Notes: a model not told the origin generated them from the letters alone. Positions 49,990-63,404 are shown, numbered from the stretch's first letter. The stretch: DNA of 64,000 nucleotides from Octopus bimaculoides (GCF_001194135.2 NC_068981.1:160097193-160161192), one strand, 5' to 3'. Numbers and translations: made by a program.

Positions 49990-50420
49990 CATGAACAGTA
50001 CAGGAAGCGAACAGTGAATGAGTTGTTGAAAAAAGTGCAGGGGTTACATCAGGTGCACTGTTGGCAAATTTCAGAAAGCATGGAAGTTTTGAAGAATGCA
50101 TTTTCCTGACGGCCAACTACTGATGCAGGTAGTTTATTCCATGCTTCAGCAATTCTAAGTGTGAAAAAATGTCTTCAAAAGTTATGGGTGCTGTGTTGTT
50201 TTTTGATTTTATAAGCATTTCCACAAGTATTAGACGTATGGAATTCAAAATGATGCCCAAGGTTGTTTTTGGAAAGATGGTGGATAATCTTGTGGGTGTC
50301 TACCAAGTCAGTTACTAAACAACAGAGCTTTAATGTGTCCATGCTCAGGGAAGTAAGATGGTTAGAGTATGATAGATGCCTGACAGCGGATATTCTCAAA
50401 ATCTGACTAATAACGAAATA
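49990..50420 (-). mobile_element. CR1-like LINE 3' coding remnant
   Basis: DLVDTHKIIHHL...SNTCGNAYKIKKQ...HFFTLRIAEAWNKLP resembles CR1-clade RT C-termini. Confidence 0.7.
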
Positions 50421-51479
50421 AAAAACATTTTCTTGTGTCTTGTTATCAACATAAATTTTGTACAAAAACAAAACAAGCTAAAATTGTTGAATGAGTTATG
50501 ATGAAGAAGATGTTCATAGAAACTCTAAGGTTTATAGGAAATCAGAGTAATTTGGTCAATTTATTCTGTTGTTTGCAAAATATAAAATTGTATGATATTT
50601 CTGTGATTATCCATCATTTGCTCCCTCTCCCCCTTCTCTCTCACTTTTCTCCATTTCTCCTTTCTACATCACTCCAATCAGTCTCTCTTGCTTTTTTTTA
50701 CCCCCTCACCATTGTTCATCTGCAGACACACTTTGTCCTGCTCACTCTGTTGGTCACATTGCACTGAATGGAGGCTGTAAAAGGATGTGAGCCCTCTTTT
50801 GCTGTGTGAGATAGAAGGTAGCTTCAGTCAGTGAGGGTATTGTAGAGTGATTGATGAATGGGTGGAGTCTGTGTAAAGTTAGGAGGATCCTTTGACCTTG
50901 TTTTGAGGATGACAACCTTTCTAGTGTTGACACCACAATAAAATGAACCCAGTATACTCTTTAAAATGGTTGGTGATAGGAAGAGCATCCAGTGGTAGAA
51001 ACCATGCTAAATTGAAACATGTGAGTGAAATATGGTCTCTGAAAGTCTCAGAGAGCAGTGAGTCCAAATGGGAACTGACTTGGATTATGACTAGCTATCC
51101 AACCGATGCCAGCATGAAAAGATATGAAGTAATGTTGATAGATATGAAATTAATGTTGTCGTTTAGCCTTAAACCAGTCCTGACCAAGCATACCTATGAA
51201 AGACAAATCAATTATGACCATCCCATCTTATTTGCAGGTGTAGTACAATATACTGTAGGATTACATTATTCATTGTGTCCTTCACTTTTTAAGACTTCAA
51301 GGTGTTTAGAGAGATTTGGCTGTTATTTCTAGCAGGTTGAGTGATGAGATAGAAACTTTATTGGCTTGATGAAATTGATTTTAATTTGATCATTGAAACA
51401 TAGATTTATGAAAATAGTAATATGATTTATTTTATGCTTCAACTAAATAATAAGTTAATAAATAACTTCAATATTGCAG

Positions 51480-51644
51480 GAGGATCCCAATCTGTATTTG
51501 TACAGGAAAAAACTTGTTTACGATGCTGCTCGTAATCTGGATAAGACACAAATGATTCGTTTCAGTGAAGTAACAGAGAACTTTTCTTCAACAGATCTTG
51601 GAAGAATTGCAAGTCATTTCTATATTAAATATGCTACAGTTGAG
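51480..51644 (+). CDS. ASCC3: ASCC3 coding exon 17
   Basis: ttgcag / gtaatt; EDPNL...LDKTQMIRF...STDLGRIASHFYIKYATVE. Confidence 0.96.
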
Positions 51645-52389
51645 GTAATTATTGTTTGATTTAAATGAAATTTATTTTCACTCAGTATAAACATCTGTTC
51701 AGAGAGTGAGAGAGATAAAGACAGGAGGATGGTGAGAAAGAGAGATGGGTCCTGGATCTGCTCTGTAATGTCCTATTGTAATGGACTTCCTTTGAATGTT
51801 TAAATATATTAAGAGATTTTTTTTTGTTGGGTGTGTATTAAAATATATTAGGGCAAAATATATTTGTCACCAAAAATAGCATCAAAGGATTTAATTTAAT
51901 GAATTCATATATATCAATACATGCCTGTGTTGTTAGGAATTACTATGGTTGGATGCTCTTTCAAATACAAGTTGTTGCTATTATGCAAAAGTGTTATGAG
52001 TCCAAAACATTGCTTTTTCAGAAAACAAAAAATAGTTTCACCATTCCATAGCAAAACTGTTGTACTACACTTTGACAGTTTTTGGTATCTTGGCATCTGA
52101 AGCAGCTGGAGATACGATTGTTTGACCAAAAGAACCAGCTATTGCAAACAAAAGTATATATTGCGAAAAATGCATTTGACCAAATTTGGACACACAACTG
52201 TTTGACATTATAGCAACGAAGTAAATTCATTATAAATCAGATTATTTCTATTTCCTCTCTGGTTTTATTTTTTCATTTTATTTATTTATTACAGCCACTT
52301 TTCTAAACTAGTGCAAATGAATATGCTTCTTTGGCTGTGTTGGAATCAATGTTTAAACTACCAGTTAGCTGGAGACTTATTTTTATATA

Positions 52390-52810
52390 GGCACAGGCAT
52401 ATCTGTGTGGTAAGAAGTTTCCTTCTCAACTATATGGTTTCAGGTTCAGTTCCACTGCATGGCACTTGGGCAAGTTTCTTCTACTATAGCCCTGGGCCTA
52501 CCAAAATGTAATTGGATTTGGTAGATGGAGCCTGAAAGAAGCCCATCATATGTGTACATATGTATGTGTGTGTCTTGGGGTCACTTTTTCTATGATTTGA
52601 CATCACATGATATTTGTAAGCCAGTGTCATCATCATGTGTGTGATGTCCTTTGTTTTCAATCTTCAGTGAAAATATGTCTGTTCATGAGGAAATATTACC
52701 TTACTTGGAAACATGAGGGTTGGTAATAGGAAAGGCGTCCAGCTGTAGAAAATCTACTTCAACAAATTCCCTCTGACTCATACAAGCATGGAAAAACTGG
52801 ACATTAGAAC
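52390..52810 (+). mobile_element. SINE family B head with RTE-like tail
   Basis: tgtggtaagaag...ggcacttgggcaag...aggaaaggcgtccagctgtagaaaatc...agcatggaaaaactggacatt. Confidence 0.7.
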
Positions 52811-52984
52811 AATGTTGTTGATTAACAACCAGATTATTGTGCATCGTTTAGATACAGCACGAATTGCTGGAACAGTGCTTAGAAACAGCAGACTGCTTCA
52901 CCACGTAATCTTCAATGACTTTTTCCACTCTTGTTTTTTTTTTTTTGGTATTAATTCATGAATGATCTCTCTCTCAATATCATA

Positions 52985-54139
52985 CGAGGTGTTATCAAAA
53001 GGTTCCCAGACTAGATCTGCAGCACACCAACAGATGGTAGCACATAGTTTCATGCACAGTGAGAGCTAGCAGTGACCTTCATGAGCTGGTGTGCTGAGTG
53101 ACATTGCTGTGTTTACTTTGCAAGTTGTGAAACTTTGACAAGCTTTCAGTGATGAGGCAATGGGTCATACTGAGCTGCACGGGTGCTTCAATAGTGGGAG
53201 AATGTCCCTGGAAGACCTGTCATCTCCAGAAATGAGAAACTTCATCAGCTTGTGCATGAGGATCGCTGGAGGACAATCAATGACATTGCTGCTGCTGCTG
53301 TTAGTTAGTCTGTCGTATAGGTCTGTGCAGGCAGTCCTAACATCTGAATTGAACATGTGGCATGTCTCTGCCAAGTTTGTCCCCCACTTGCTGACCACTG
53401 AGCAGAAAGAACATTGCATCGAAGTCTGTCAAGATCTCCATCAGCATGCCACTGACGACCCATCCTTCATGTCAAGGATTATCACTGATGCCGAGAGTCA
53501 GGTCTATGGGTATGACCCTGTGATGAAGCAGCAGTCGTCACAATGGAAGAGCCCTTCATCTCCATGACTGAAGAAGGCACAACAGAGCCACAGCCCAATC
53601 AAAATCATGCTCATTGTTGTTTTCATCATCTGCGTTATTGTGCATTGGGAATCCATTCCCCCAGGGCCAGACTATCAATTAACAGTTCTACTGCAATGTT
53701 TTGAAGCATTTGAGGGAAGACATTTGGCGAAAGTGACTGGATCTGTGGAACGTAAAGAATTGGATTCTTCACGATGACAGTGCAGCTTGTCACCATGAGC
53801 TCTCCTCACTTGTGAGTTTCCCACCAAAAACAACATGGTATCGTTTCGGCACCTACCCATTTCACCTGATTTAGCACCCGCGGACTTCCATTTCTTCCCC
53901 GAGATGAAAAAGCAGCTCAAAGGTCACTGTTGTCAATATCCACAGCAAATCACAGAAGCTCATTGACTCACTTACGGAAAATGACTTCCAGGTTGGATTC
54001 CAAAAGTGGTAGGAACACTGAGACTGGTGTATTGCTGCGCAAGGTGATTATTTTGAAAGAGATGATGTTAAAACTTAGGTAAATAAGTTTTTTTTTTAAT
54101 TAAACATAACTAGCCTGGGAACCTTTTGATACTACCTCA
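52985..54139 (+). mobile_element. Decayed mariner (DD34D-type) DNA transposon
   Basis: TA|CGAGGTGTTATCAAAAGGTTCCCAGACTAG ... CTAGCCTGGGAACCTTTTGATACTACCTCA|TA; AKFVPHLLT, YGYDP..KQQSSQWKSP, HDDSA, SPDLAPADF; stop codon and damaged first catalytic motif (ITDAES for ITGDET). Confidence 0.93.
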
Positions 54140-54318
54140 TATATCTCATTGTCTTAGTGTTGAAAAATTCGTTTTTTTAATATTGATTTTAGAACCTTTA
54201 TTTCGATAATGATGTTAAAAATATTCACATTTTGCATAATTCAGTGTCCAAATTATTTGTTAGTATATATCTGAAACTGAAAAAAAAATTCTAATTAAAT
54301 ATTTTTCTTTTATTTCAG

Positions 54319-54405
54319 ACTGTAAATGAATTTTTCCTTCCACAAATGTCTGAGAATCAAGTGCTCAATATAGTATCAAAGGCCCAAGAATTTGAACCAA
54401 TTAAG
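54319..54405 (+). CDS. ASCC3: ASCC3 coding exon 18 (Sec63 domain)
   Basis: tttcag / gtaatt; TVNEFFLPQMSENQVLNIVSKAQEFEPIK. Confidence 0.95.
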
Positions 54406-54559
54406 GTAATTTTCTGTTTTGCAAAATAATTTCTTGTAATCATTACTATGACATAGTTCAAATGTTTTTGACTTCAAGTGAATCTGGCTATATCTAACTT
54501 GATAGTGCCACCTGATAAAATCTTACATTATCTATCATTCATATCCTAAAACCAAGATG

Positions 54560-54765
54560 CCATGTAAAAAGCATTAGTGTGGGTGAATGTTTCCTGTAAA
54601 ATGTACCCAGTACACTATGTAAAGCGGTTAGCATTAAAAAGGGCATCCAGCTGTAGAAACCAAGCCAAAGCAGACTATGGAACCTGGTGTTGCCCCTGTC
54701 CTTGCCTCTTCCTGTCAAGTCATCCAACCCATGCCAGTATAGAAAACAGACATTAAATGATGATG
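54560..54765 (+). mobile_element. RTE-tail fragment (older subfamily)
   Basis: gggcatccagctgtagaaacc...caacccatgccag...gacattaaatgatgatg. Confidence 0.75.
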
Positions 54766-55915
54766 TATATCCTATCTATTCAATAGTTTTCCTAATGTCC
54801 TAACTCTTGTTTCGTTTGCTTTAAGTTCTTTTAAAACTTAGAAGTTATTTTAAGACATTAATCAAAGAGTCAGCCTGAACAGCTTTGTTGAATAGAGGTA
54901 AAAATATCTCCATCTTCTAGGATTGAGAAACATTGTATAATGTTCATCTCGTTGCCAGTGTTTTATAGATTTTTTCTGTTAAAGGTTTCTGCTGACAAGA
55001 CACCAATTTGGAATTTGTTTAAAGAATCTGGTGTTCAGATGTTATTATTGACGTAAATACTGTACTAGTATTTAGTTTACTGGTTCTTGAAGAATGAACT
55101 TAGCTGTGTGTGGAATTAAACTTACAGAAGTGGATCCCTTTCTATGAATTGTTCCAAATCACTGCCTTAAATCTCTTAATGGAAAAGTGAATAATTTCAT
55201 TATTTGAACCATTGCATTATCTCTAATTCTTAGATCTGAATTGATTTCTTTTTGAGGTCTGCATTTATTCATCAGAAAGGAGAAATGTTTTGTATTATTA
55301 AATCTAAAATGCATTTTTATATTGTGATTGATCGCACTACCTTTGTGATAGTATATTTATTACATTTTAAGAGCATAGCTCATAACCTTTTAGTTATAAT
55401 ATGTCCATCTATGATTACTTTGATGTAACCTCTTTTTCTTCCAAGTTTCTATGATTTTCAAGTTTTTTAAAATAAGTTCACATTGGAACTACAGAATATC
55501 TCTCAGAGCCACTTTTTTTCTATTTTGTATAAAGGTATAAGAGAGCCCATTTGAAAAATAAATTATCTTTGCATTTGTATTTAAGTATGGTGGGAGGGAA
55601 AAGTCAACAGGAATAACTCAGTGGAAATGGAGAGAAAATTTGGTAGCATAGACAGGTGGGCTGAATAATGTCAAATATGAATAGATAGGGTCGGTGTTAA
55701 GAATGAATGATATATTCATAATCTAAGCTTCTTACATGTATTTCTCAACTTTTATGTGCTATTATTCTATATCTAACTACTTCATCACTTGTCAATTTAC
55801 AAAATTATTACTAAATTAGAAAGACAAGTTACAATTATTATTAAAAGAAATATTTCTTTAAGTAAACAAAATTCCAGTTTGAGTAATGGTCATTTTTTCT
55901 CTATGTTGGTTATAG

Positions 55916-56092
55916 GTTCGCAAAGAAGAATTGGAAGAACTTGAAAGGCTTCACATTGAAGACTGTGTAATGCCTGTTGCATTAGGATTGGAAAATGCTC
56001 CTGGCAAAGTTAATATCCTTATTCAATCATATGTATCACGTGTGAGCCTTGAAAATTTCTCATTGGTTTCTGATCAAGCATTTGTGGCTCAG
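55916..56092 (+). CDS. ASCC3: ASCC3 coding exon 19 (Sec63)
   Basis: ttatag / gtaagg; VRKEELEEL...GKVNILIQSYVSR...SLVSDQAFVAQ. Confidence 0.96.
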
Positions 56093-56356
56093 GTAAGGTT
56101 TTACTGTGATTTCTACATATTTTTTTTTTAAATCTGATACAGTCATGCCATTTAAATGTAAAGGATCTGGAGTTTTTTTTTTTATTACATTTCTATTTCA
56201 CAAGTATTTTTCTTTTGTAATCTTATGGCATTCTCTTTTGACACTCAGACATGCATATACATACACACATACAGTTACATATATGCACTCATATATTATA
56301 TTTGACAACTTGAATAATAGCGTCCTTTTTTTCATCCTTTAAAACTTCTCTTGCAG

Positions 56357-56585
56357 AATGCTGCCCGCATTGTTCGTGCACTTTTCCAAATTGCTTTGCG
56401 CAAAGGGTGGCCCATTATGGCTAATCGTTTACTAAATCTTTGTAAAACAATTGATAAACGCCAGTGGCAATTTGAGAATCCTCTGAGGCAGTTTCAAAAT
56501 AATTTGCCATATGAAGTTCTTAACAAGATTGAGAAAGCAAACTTAAATCTTGACAAAATGAGAGAAATGACTTCAAAAGAAATTG
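56357..56585 (+). CDS. ASCC3: ASCC3 coding exon 20 (Sec63)
   Basis: ttgcag / gtaagt; NAARIVRALFQIALRKGWP...PLRQF...KEIG. Confidence 0.96.
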
Positions 56586-57110
56586 GTAAGTTTTTTTGAA
56601 TTTACTTCTCTCTTCACCCTTCCCTCCAATACAAACGTTTCATTGATCAACCCTACATCCTTCTCCACCATTCATGACCCAATTTACTGATTTTTCTGAT
56701 GGCACGCAGGTGTTGATAAATGGTTGAATGACCAAATCCGAGCTTCTCTGTTAGTTCCTCAACAGTTACGATGGGATTTTGTTCCACCAGAGTTTGCAGG
56801 ATGTCCTTGTCGAGCTCAACAGATCTTCCAGGACAAGGCTAGTTTTTCTAGGCTGTAGTTTCCGGCTCGTTGCGTTGCTGCCTTTATTGAAATCACAAAG
56901 CAAAATATGCTCCTTTGTCACTTTCATTATTGCTTTGAAAAAATAACTGTCAAAATTAAACTGCACTCTTCGAAACTTGCACTAAGAATAAGGATAATGT
57001 AAAATTACTATCTGCTTTTATTAGTAAGTTGATGCAGTTATTTTATCCCATCCACCTCTGACTTTTAGTTCATGCAATTGTAAAAATGGCATTATTTATG
57101 GGATGACTCA

Positions 57111-57144
<34 letters not shown>

Positions 57145-57154
57145 ACATATATAT

Positions 57155-57345
57155 ATCATCATCATCATCTAATGTCCATTTTCTATGTTGGCATGGGCTG
57201 GACAGTTTGACAGGAGCTGGAGAGCTGCACCAGGCTCCATTTGTTTTGGCATGGTTTCTATGGTGGAATGCCCTTCCTAACACCAACCACATTACAGAGT
57301 GTACCAGGTACTTTTTACAAGGCACCAGCACAGGTACTTTTTACG
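57155..57345 (-). mobile_element. RTE-tail fragment
   Basis: catcatcatctaatgtccattttctatgttggcatggg...gcccttcctaacaccaaccac. Confidence 0.75.
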
Positions 57346-57633
57346 TGGAACTAAGGGAAGTGGCTTGATGTGAAAATAACAAGAATTCCAAGCTTTCAAA
57401 TTGTTCCAAGGAAAAAGATTAAAACCCTTAACTCATCCATTTTATATAGGTATAAAGTAGCAAAAATAAAAAACTTTGTAGTTTAACCTAGCTATCAACA
57501 TTATGTATGATATTCAATTTGAAATGACTTGTTAATTATGGAAATCTTTATTACATTTTTCTTCAATTGAATTAAGCTTTGAAAGTAATTGTTTGGTTAT
57601 TTCTATTCATATTATACATAATTTCATTACTAG

Positions 57634-57788
57634 GTCTCATGATACATCACCAGAAAATGGGAAGTAATGTGAAAAGATGTGTCCATCAGATACCATATCT
57701 TGATTTGGATGCTACAATACAACCAATTACACGCACTGTACTTCGAGTCAGATTAAATATTAAACCAGAATTTCACTGGGATGATAAG
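57634..57788 (+). CDS. ASCC3: ASCC3 coding exon 21
   Basis: tactag / gtaatc; CVHQIPYLDLDATIQPITRTVLRV...FHWDDK. Confidence 0.96.
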
Positions 57789-58754
57789 GTAATCAAAATT
57801 TCACTGTACAGATAAGTCATTCTCATATCCTTACTTCCCATTTCATATTGCTTATTAAGTTCAAAAAATTTTCATGCATTTTAATAGTTTTGAAAGATTT
57901 CTTAATTTATCTACAGTATGATTACATTGTGCGCACATGTGTTCGCTTATTTGTTCTACATCCATTTTTCCATGCTAGAAGGAATTGGACAACTACTTAC
58001 TGAGGCATTATTTTACAGTCAGGAACTCTTTCTTACTTGTTTTTCCACCCACATGTGACAATAAAACTTTTAACACACCTTACCCCAACAAACCAAACTA
58101 CATCTCTTCCCTACCTCACCTTTTCTCTTGCTCTTACAGTATGCTTATGCATATCTCTCACTCTTCAATCCTGTCCTCACTACTCTGCTCACTGTATCAC
58201 TGCTATCCCGTTGTCCTCCTCCCCCTCTATACACCCAGGTTTCACCAGTCACTGCATTCACGTGAAGTCTCTATTCTCTACTCATGCACCTTTGGCAATA
58301 CCCTATCATTTATATTCTGACCCTCATGACTTGAGGGTATGCCCTGGCACTTCACCGCCATTTATCACTCTCTTCCATTTATATTCTGATCCCCATTCCT
58401 GGTGAGTATACCCTGGTACTTCTCCACCATCTCTCTCCTCTCTCTCTTGCACTCTCGCTATCTCCCATTCACTCTCTCTTTCTCTTGCTCTCTCCCTCTT
58501 ACTGGTTTAACCATGTATATTCTCTACAGCAACATACCTGTTTCTGTCCTCATTCCTGATCTCTCTCTCTCTCTCTCTCTCTCCCCCCCTCTCTCTCTCA
58601 CACACACACACACACTTTCTGATCGGATAACCACGTATCTCTTCTACAGCAAGACACCTGTTTCTGGCTCTCTATCACACTCTAACCTTTCATCATCTGG
58701 CACAAGATCACCTCCTCCAATGCTCTCTCCCTTCTCAAAGGGTCTTCGTCTTGC

Positions 58755-58945
58755 AAGTTACTTGGTGACTCAGTCCATTCTGTGTGGTGGTTGGTGTTAG
58801 AGAGGACATCCAACCATAAAAACCATGCCAAAACAGACATTGGAGCTTGGTGTAGTCTTCTGCTTAGCCAGCTCTTGTCATACTGTCCAACCCATGCCAG
58901 CATGGAAAACAGGCGTTAAATAATGATGATGATGATGATGATGAT
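58755..58945 (+). mobile_element. RTE-tail fragment
   Basis: ggttggtgttagagaggacatcc...caacccatgccagcatggaaaacaggcgttaaat(GAT)n. Confidence 0.75.
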
Positions 58946-59826
58946 AATATATATATATACATATAATTACACACACACAGCGCACACACAGTAATGGGAT
59001 GGAAAATAATTCGTATATTCATCTGAATAAATTATCTCCCTTAGCTTAAAGAAATTTTTGCTAATGAAAAAGAAAGTGATAAAAGGCTTACTACACTTTT
59101 GAAAAATGCTAAACCAGTGTAATACACTTTGACAATTTTCATATGAAGTAGTTGGGATTTGACCAAAAGAACCGGCTATTGCAAGCAAAATTAAATATTG
59201 AAAGAAACACATTTGACCAAATTTGGACATACGACAGTTTCAGACGGGCGAGAAAACCCCTGCCCACAGGCGCAATTGCACCTGCAAACCCATTTTATTG
59301 TGCCTGCAGGCTGATATACTCATATGTACAAAATGTAATAAATTTTTCAATTATAAAATTTATACAATATTCGTTTGCCTATTTGAGGCATAGGTCGTGT
59401 TTCCACTACGACTTAAAATGGTTAGACTTAAACAGAAAATCGTCCAGTAATTGCCATTTGTATGGAAATTTTGTTTTCATTATAAAGCACATATTACTAG
59501 GTTTGTACCACCCACTTGTGACCCAACTACACTCTAGCTGAAAATATAGAATACCTCATAAGTAATATAAACATCCTAAATTCAGTGGTGGCATTAGTGA
59601 AGATGTTACACGTTAATCTAATGTGTTAAACTTATCTTTGTTAATGTATATCGAATTATACAAGATTTACAGATATAGGAGATAGAACTTGTGGTCTGCC
59701 CGCGGCACTTTTTTCATTGGAAACTTTTGCCCACTGCACTAAAAAGTTTCCCAACCCCTAGTTTAACATAATAACAACGATGTGCTTTATAGAGTGTGCT
59801 TCTTTTTCAGATATATGATTCCACTG

Positions 59827-59866
<40 letters not shown>

Positions 59867-59940
59867 TAAAGGTTTATTAATTTATTAATAAATCAACAAT
59901 TAATAATTTTTACCAAGCCCTTCGGTATGTAAACACCATT

Positions 59941-60048
59941 NNNNNNNNNNNNNNNNNNNNNNNNNNNNNNNNNNNNNNNNNNNNNNNNNNNNNNNNNNNN
60001 NNNNNNNNNNNNNNNNNNNNNNNNNNNNNNNNNNNNNNNNNNNNNNNN
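59941..60048. other. Assembly gap (N)
   Basis: Run of N. Confidence 1.
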
Positions 60049-60077
60049 ATATAGAAAGAGAGAGAGAGAGAGGTTAA

Positions 60078-60739
60078 AGTAGTGAGGAAAGGCAAACAAT
60101 TAGTCATGGCAGGACAAGGACATTTGATTTCATTTAATTCACTCTAAAAAAAATTTGCTACTTAATGAATGGTAAAAATAGTACAGACTGGTAAAGATAG
60201 CCTCTGACAGCTGTTTCTGAAAGTAAATACTAGCAGATCCAGTGTTGTGCATGGAATAAAGATACATTCTGGTGAGAGCAAAGATAAATAGCTAAGAGGC
60301 ATATATGGGATATATATTGTTCACTTTCATTTTCCTTCAATGTGGAATACTGCATAACAATTCTTTTCCTCTTCTCACCTTGCTATACCACTTAACCACT
60401 CTTTCTGATCATGGATTTACCTAAAGACCCAATCCAACTGGATTTAATTAAATCCTCCTACCCTCCTGGACATAATGAACCACAACAAATATTGATGAGG
60501 AACATTCTTTCACTTTCTAACCTGTATTTCTCTGATGACAGAATACCTAACTTATAGAGTCTTCACTTGTTATGATGCTCCAATAGCTGGGATATCCCAG
60601 AAACAACTGTCAGAGACTATCTTTGCCAGTTTGTACTAGTTTTACCATTCGTTATGTAGTAAAATTTTTCTAGATTGAATTAAATGAAATCAAATGTTCT
60701 TGTCCTGCCTTGATTAATCATTTGCCTTTCCTCACTACT
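60078..60739. mobile_element. MITE with ~145-bp TIRs and TTAA TSD (Kolobok-like AG terminus)
   Basis: TTAA|AGTAGTGAGG ... CCTCACTACT|TTAA; 60073-60219 is the reverse complement of 60598-60744. Confidence 0.8.
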
Positions 60740-60914
60740 TTAACGTATACCTGTTGACTCAAATGGAAGCCACCATTAACCATTTTTGGAACAAAACAAT
60801 CACATAACCACATCTTCAACTGCTGTTCTAACAGGAATTTTTGTGGCACACCTATTTGAGTACTTAGAATACATACCTGTTAGGTTGAGTCATCCTGACA
60901 AAAACTCCTCATAT

Positions 60915-60949
<35 letters not shown>

Positions 60950-60951
<2 letters not shown>

Positions 60952-61600
60952 TCATCATCATCATCATCATCGTTTAACGTCCGCTTTCCATGCTAGCATG
61001 GGTTGGACGATTTGACTGAGGACTGGTGAAACCNNNNNNNNNNNNNNNNNNNNNNNNNNNNNNNNNNNNNNNNNNNNNNNNNNNNNNNNNNNNNNNNNNN
61101 NNNNNNNNNNNNNNNNNNNNNNNNNNNNNNNNNNNNNNNNNNNNNNNNNNNNNNNNNNNNNNNNNNNNNNNNNNNNNNNNNNNNNNNNNNNNNNNNNNNN
61201 NNNNNNNNNNNNNNNNNNNNNNNNNNNNNNNNNNNNNNNNNNNNNNNNNNNNNNNNNNNNNNNNNNNNNNNNNNNNNNNNNNNNNNNNNNNNNNNNNNNN
61301 NNNNNNNNNNNNNNNNNNNNNNNNNNNNNNNNNNNNNNNNNNNNNNNNNNNNNNNNNNNNNNNNNNNNNNNNNNNNNNNNNNNNNNNNNNNNNNNNNNNN
61401 NNNNNNNGGTACTGGCAACGGCCACGCTCAAAATGGTGCATCTCATGTGCCACCCGCACAAGAACCAGTCCAGGGGCACTGGCAACGATCTTACTTGGCT
61501 TGCCGGGTCTTCTCACGCACAGCACATTTCCAAAGGTCTCGGTCCGTAGTCATCGCCTCGGTGAGGCCCAATGTACGAAGGTCTTGCCTCACCACCTCAG
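60950..61600 (-). mobile_element. Young RTE 3' copy spanning an assembly gap
   Basis: 61408-61541 is identical to the reverse complement of 10214-10347; tail at 60950-61033. Confidence 0.85.
61034..61407. other. Assembly gap (N) inside an RTE copy
   Basis: Run of N; ASCC3 exons 21 and 22 join colinearly. Confidence 1.
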
Positions 61601-61603
61601 CCC

Positions 61604-61641
<38 letters not shown>

Positions 61642-62306
61642 TGTTGTATAGATATATAGAATCAAGGGAAGATGTATCAATTGAAGTGTAAGGTTATGAG
61701 GATGAATCTTCAAGGTATGAATTATACGTAGGCATGGTTGAATGTATTAGAGTACAAAAACTGTTGTTAAAAGTAGTAGCATTGGTATTATTGTATCCAC
61801 CTCTTATAGATGCCATGGTACATTTGTCAGTTTGGCAGGTCTTTCAGGGCAGCTCAAACAAAGATCTTAGTATCAGTTTATATTTGTGCCTACATTTTCC
61901 TGACACAAGTGATTTTGAATTAAGATAACCATCTGGTTGCAGTAAGTGTTCCAATATTAGTCTTTTTCAGTAGTGCATGAATTACAATTTTTGCTTCCAT
62001 TCTTATGATTTCCATTTAATATACAAATCAGTAGTTAGATGAAGCTGGAAAGCTTAGTTACATGCCATCCTTTAGTGTTCTAGGAGATAGCTAGATGATT
62101 GAGATATTTTCGAATACCTTCTCAGATACATACAGCATTCAGTAAATCACCCTTTAACACACACATAACACATTCATAGGATTATGCCTAACATATGCAT
62201 GTGTATATTGTATGAAAATATTTGCCTGTGTGTATTTATTTTTCAACCAAATTATCGTATTGATTAAATATATTGACAGTTTGTTTAAAACTTCAATTTC
62301 TTGTAG

Positions 62307-62405
62307 ATACATGGAAAAACTGGTGAGCCTTTCTGGGTTTGGGTAGAAGACCCAGATAATAACTTTATTTACCATTCTGAAAGTTTTCTTTTACACAAGA
62401 AGAGT
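62307..62405 (+). CDS. ASCC3: ASCC3 coding exon 22
   Basis: ttgtag / gtaagt; IHGKTGEPFWVWVEDPDNNFIYHSESFLLHKKS. Confidence 0.96.
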
Positions 62406-62675
62406 GTAAGTAGTTTTTGATTTGTTGTATGTAGATTTGTAGTTTTTTTTTAAATATGTGACTATCACATCATTTACCCATTATCTTTTTATTTTTTTTA
62501 TTTGTTTTGGTCTTTGAACTGTGGCCATACTGTGGTACCACGTTAAAAGATTTAGTCAAACAATCAACCTCAATACTTATTTTCAAACCTAATACTTATC
62601 CGGTGATCTCTGAACTGCAGAAGATATAAACAAACCAACACCACTTGTTAAGTGGTTGGTGGGGACAAACATAAG

Positions 62676-62745
<70 letters not shown>

Positions 62746-63235
62746 TCACCAGTCCTCAGTCAAATCATCCAACCCATGCTAGCATGGAAAGTGGACATTA
62801 AACGATGATGATGATGATATATATATATATATAATATATATATATATATAAACAAATATATATACATAGATTGGATAGATGGTATCTTATATATATATGT
62901 GTGTGTGTGTGTATATATATATTACATGCCAGAATGGATAACTTCACTAAAATTACAAAAACTTCCAAACTTTAAATATTCATAAAATGGCTGTGATTTC
63001 CATTTTATGCATGAAAATCTATATTTTTGCAGAAATTTTTAATAAAATCAGAACCAGTGCATCAAGCCAAAAGGATCCAAGTACTCTTAATTATTTTAAG
63101 TTGATAAATTTAGGGAGAGTGTAAGACTAATTAGATTGGTTTTGTTATTTGTTGGATATCTTGGCAATATTGTTTTTTCATTTTTTGAGAGTTTAGTTAA
63201 CTGTAGAATTCTATCAAAATGTATTTTCCTTACAG

Positions 63236-63404
63236 GTTGTTGCTATGGAGCCACAATCAATGGTTTTTACTATTCCAATATTTGAACCATTACCAAATCA
63301 GTACTACATTCACATTTGTTCAGATCGTTGGATTGGCTCTGAGAATGTTTTGCCAATATCTTTTCAACATTTGATCCTTCCTGAAAGGCATCCTCCTCAC
63401 ACAA
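63236..63404 (+). CDS. ASCC3: ASCC3 coding exon 23 (gene continues beyond the window)
   Basis: ttacag / gtaagt; FTIPIFEPLPNQYYIHICSDRWIGSE...FQHLILPERHPPHT; exons 1-23 total 3904 nt with no in-frame stop. Confidence 0.96.

Noticed and set aside
20715-63404. Minor-class (U12), GC-AG or missing exons in ASCC3; alternative identity as SNRNP200/Brr2
   Set aside because: All 22 introns are GT-AG without the ATCCTT U12 donor signature and the frame is continuous. The N-terminus (LPRLSSALRAFSNV) and HPPHT motif match ASCC3, not Brr2.
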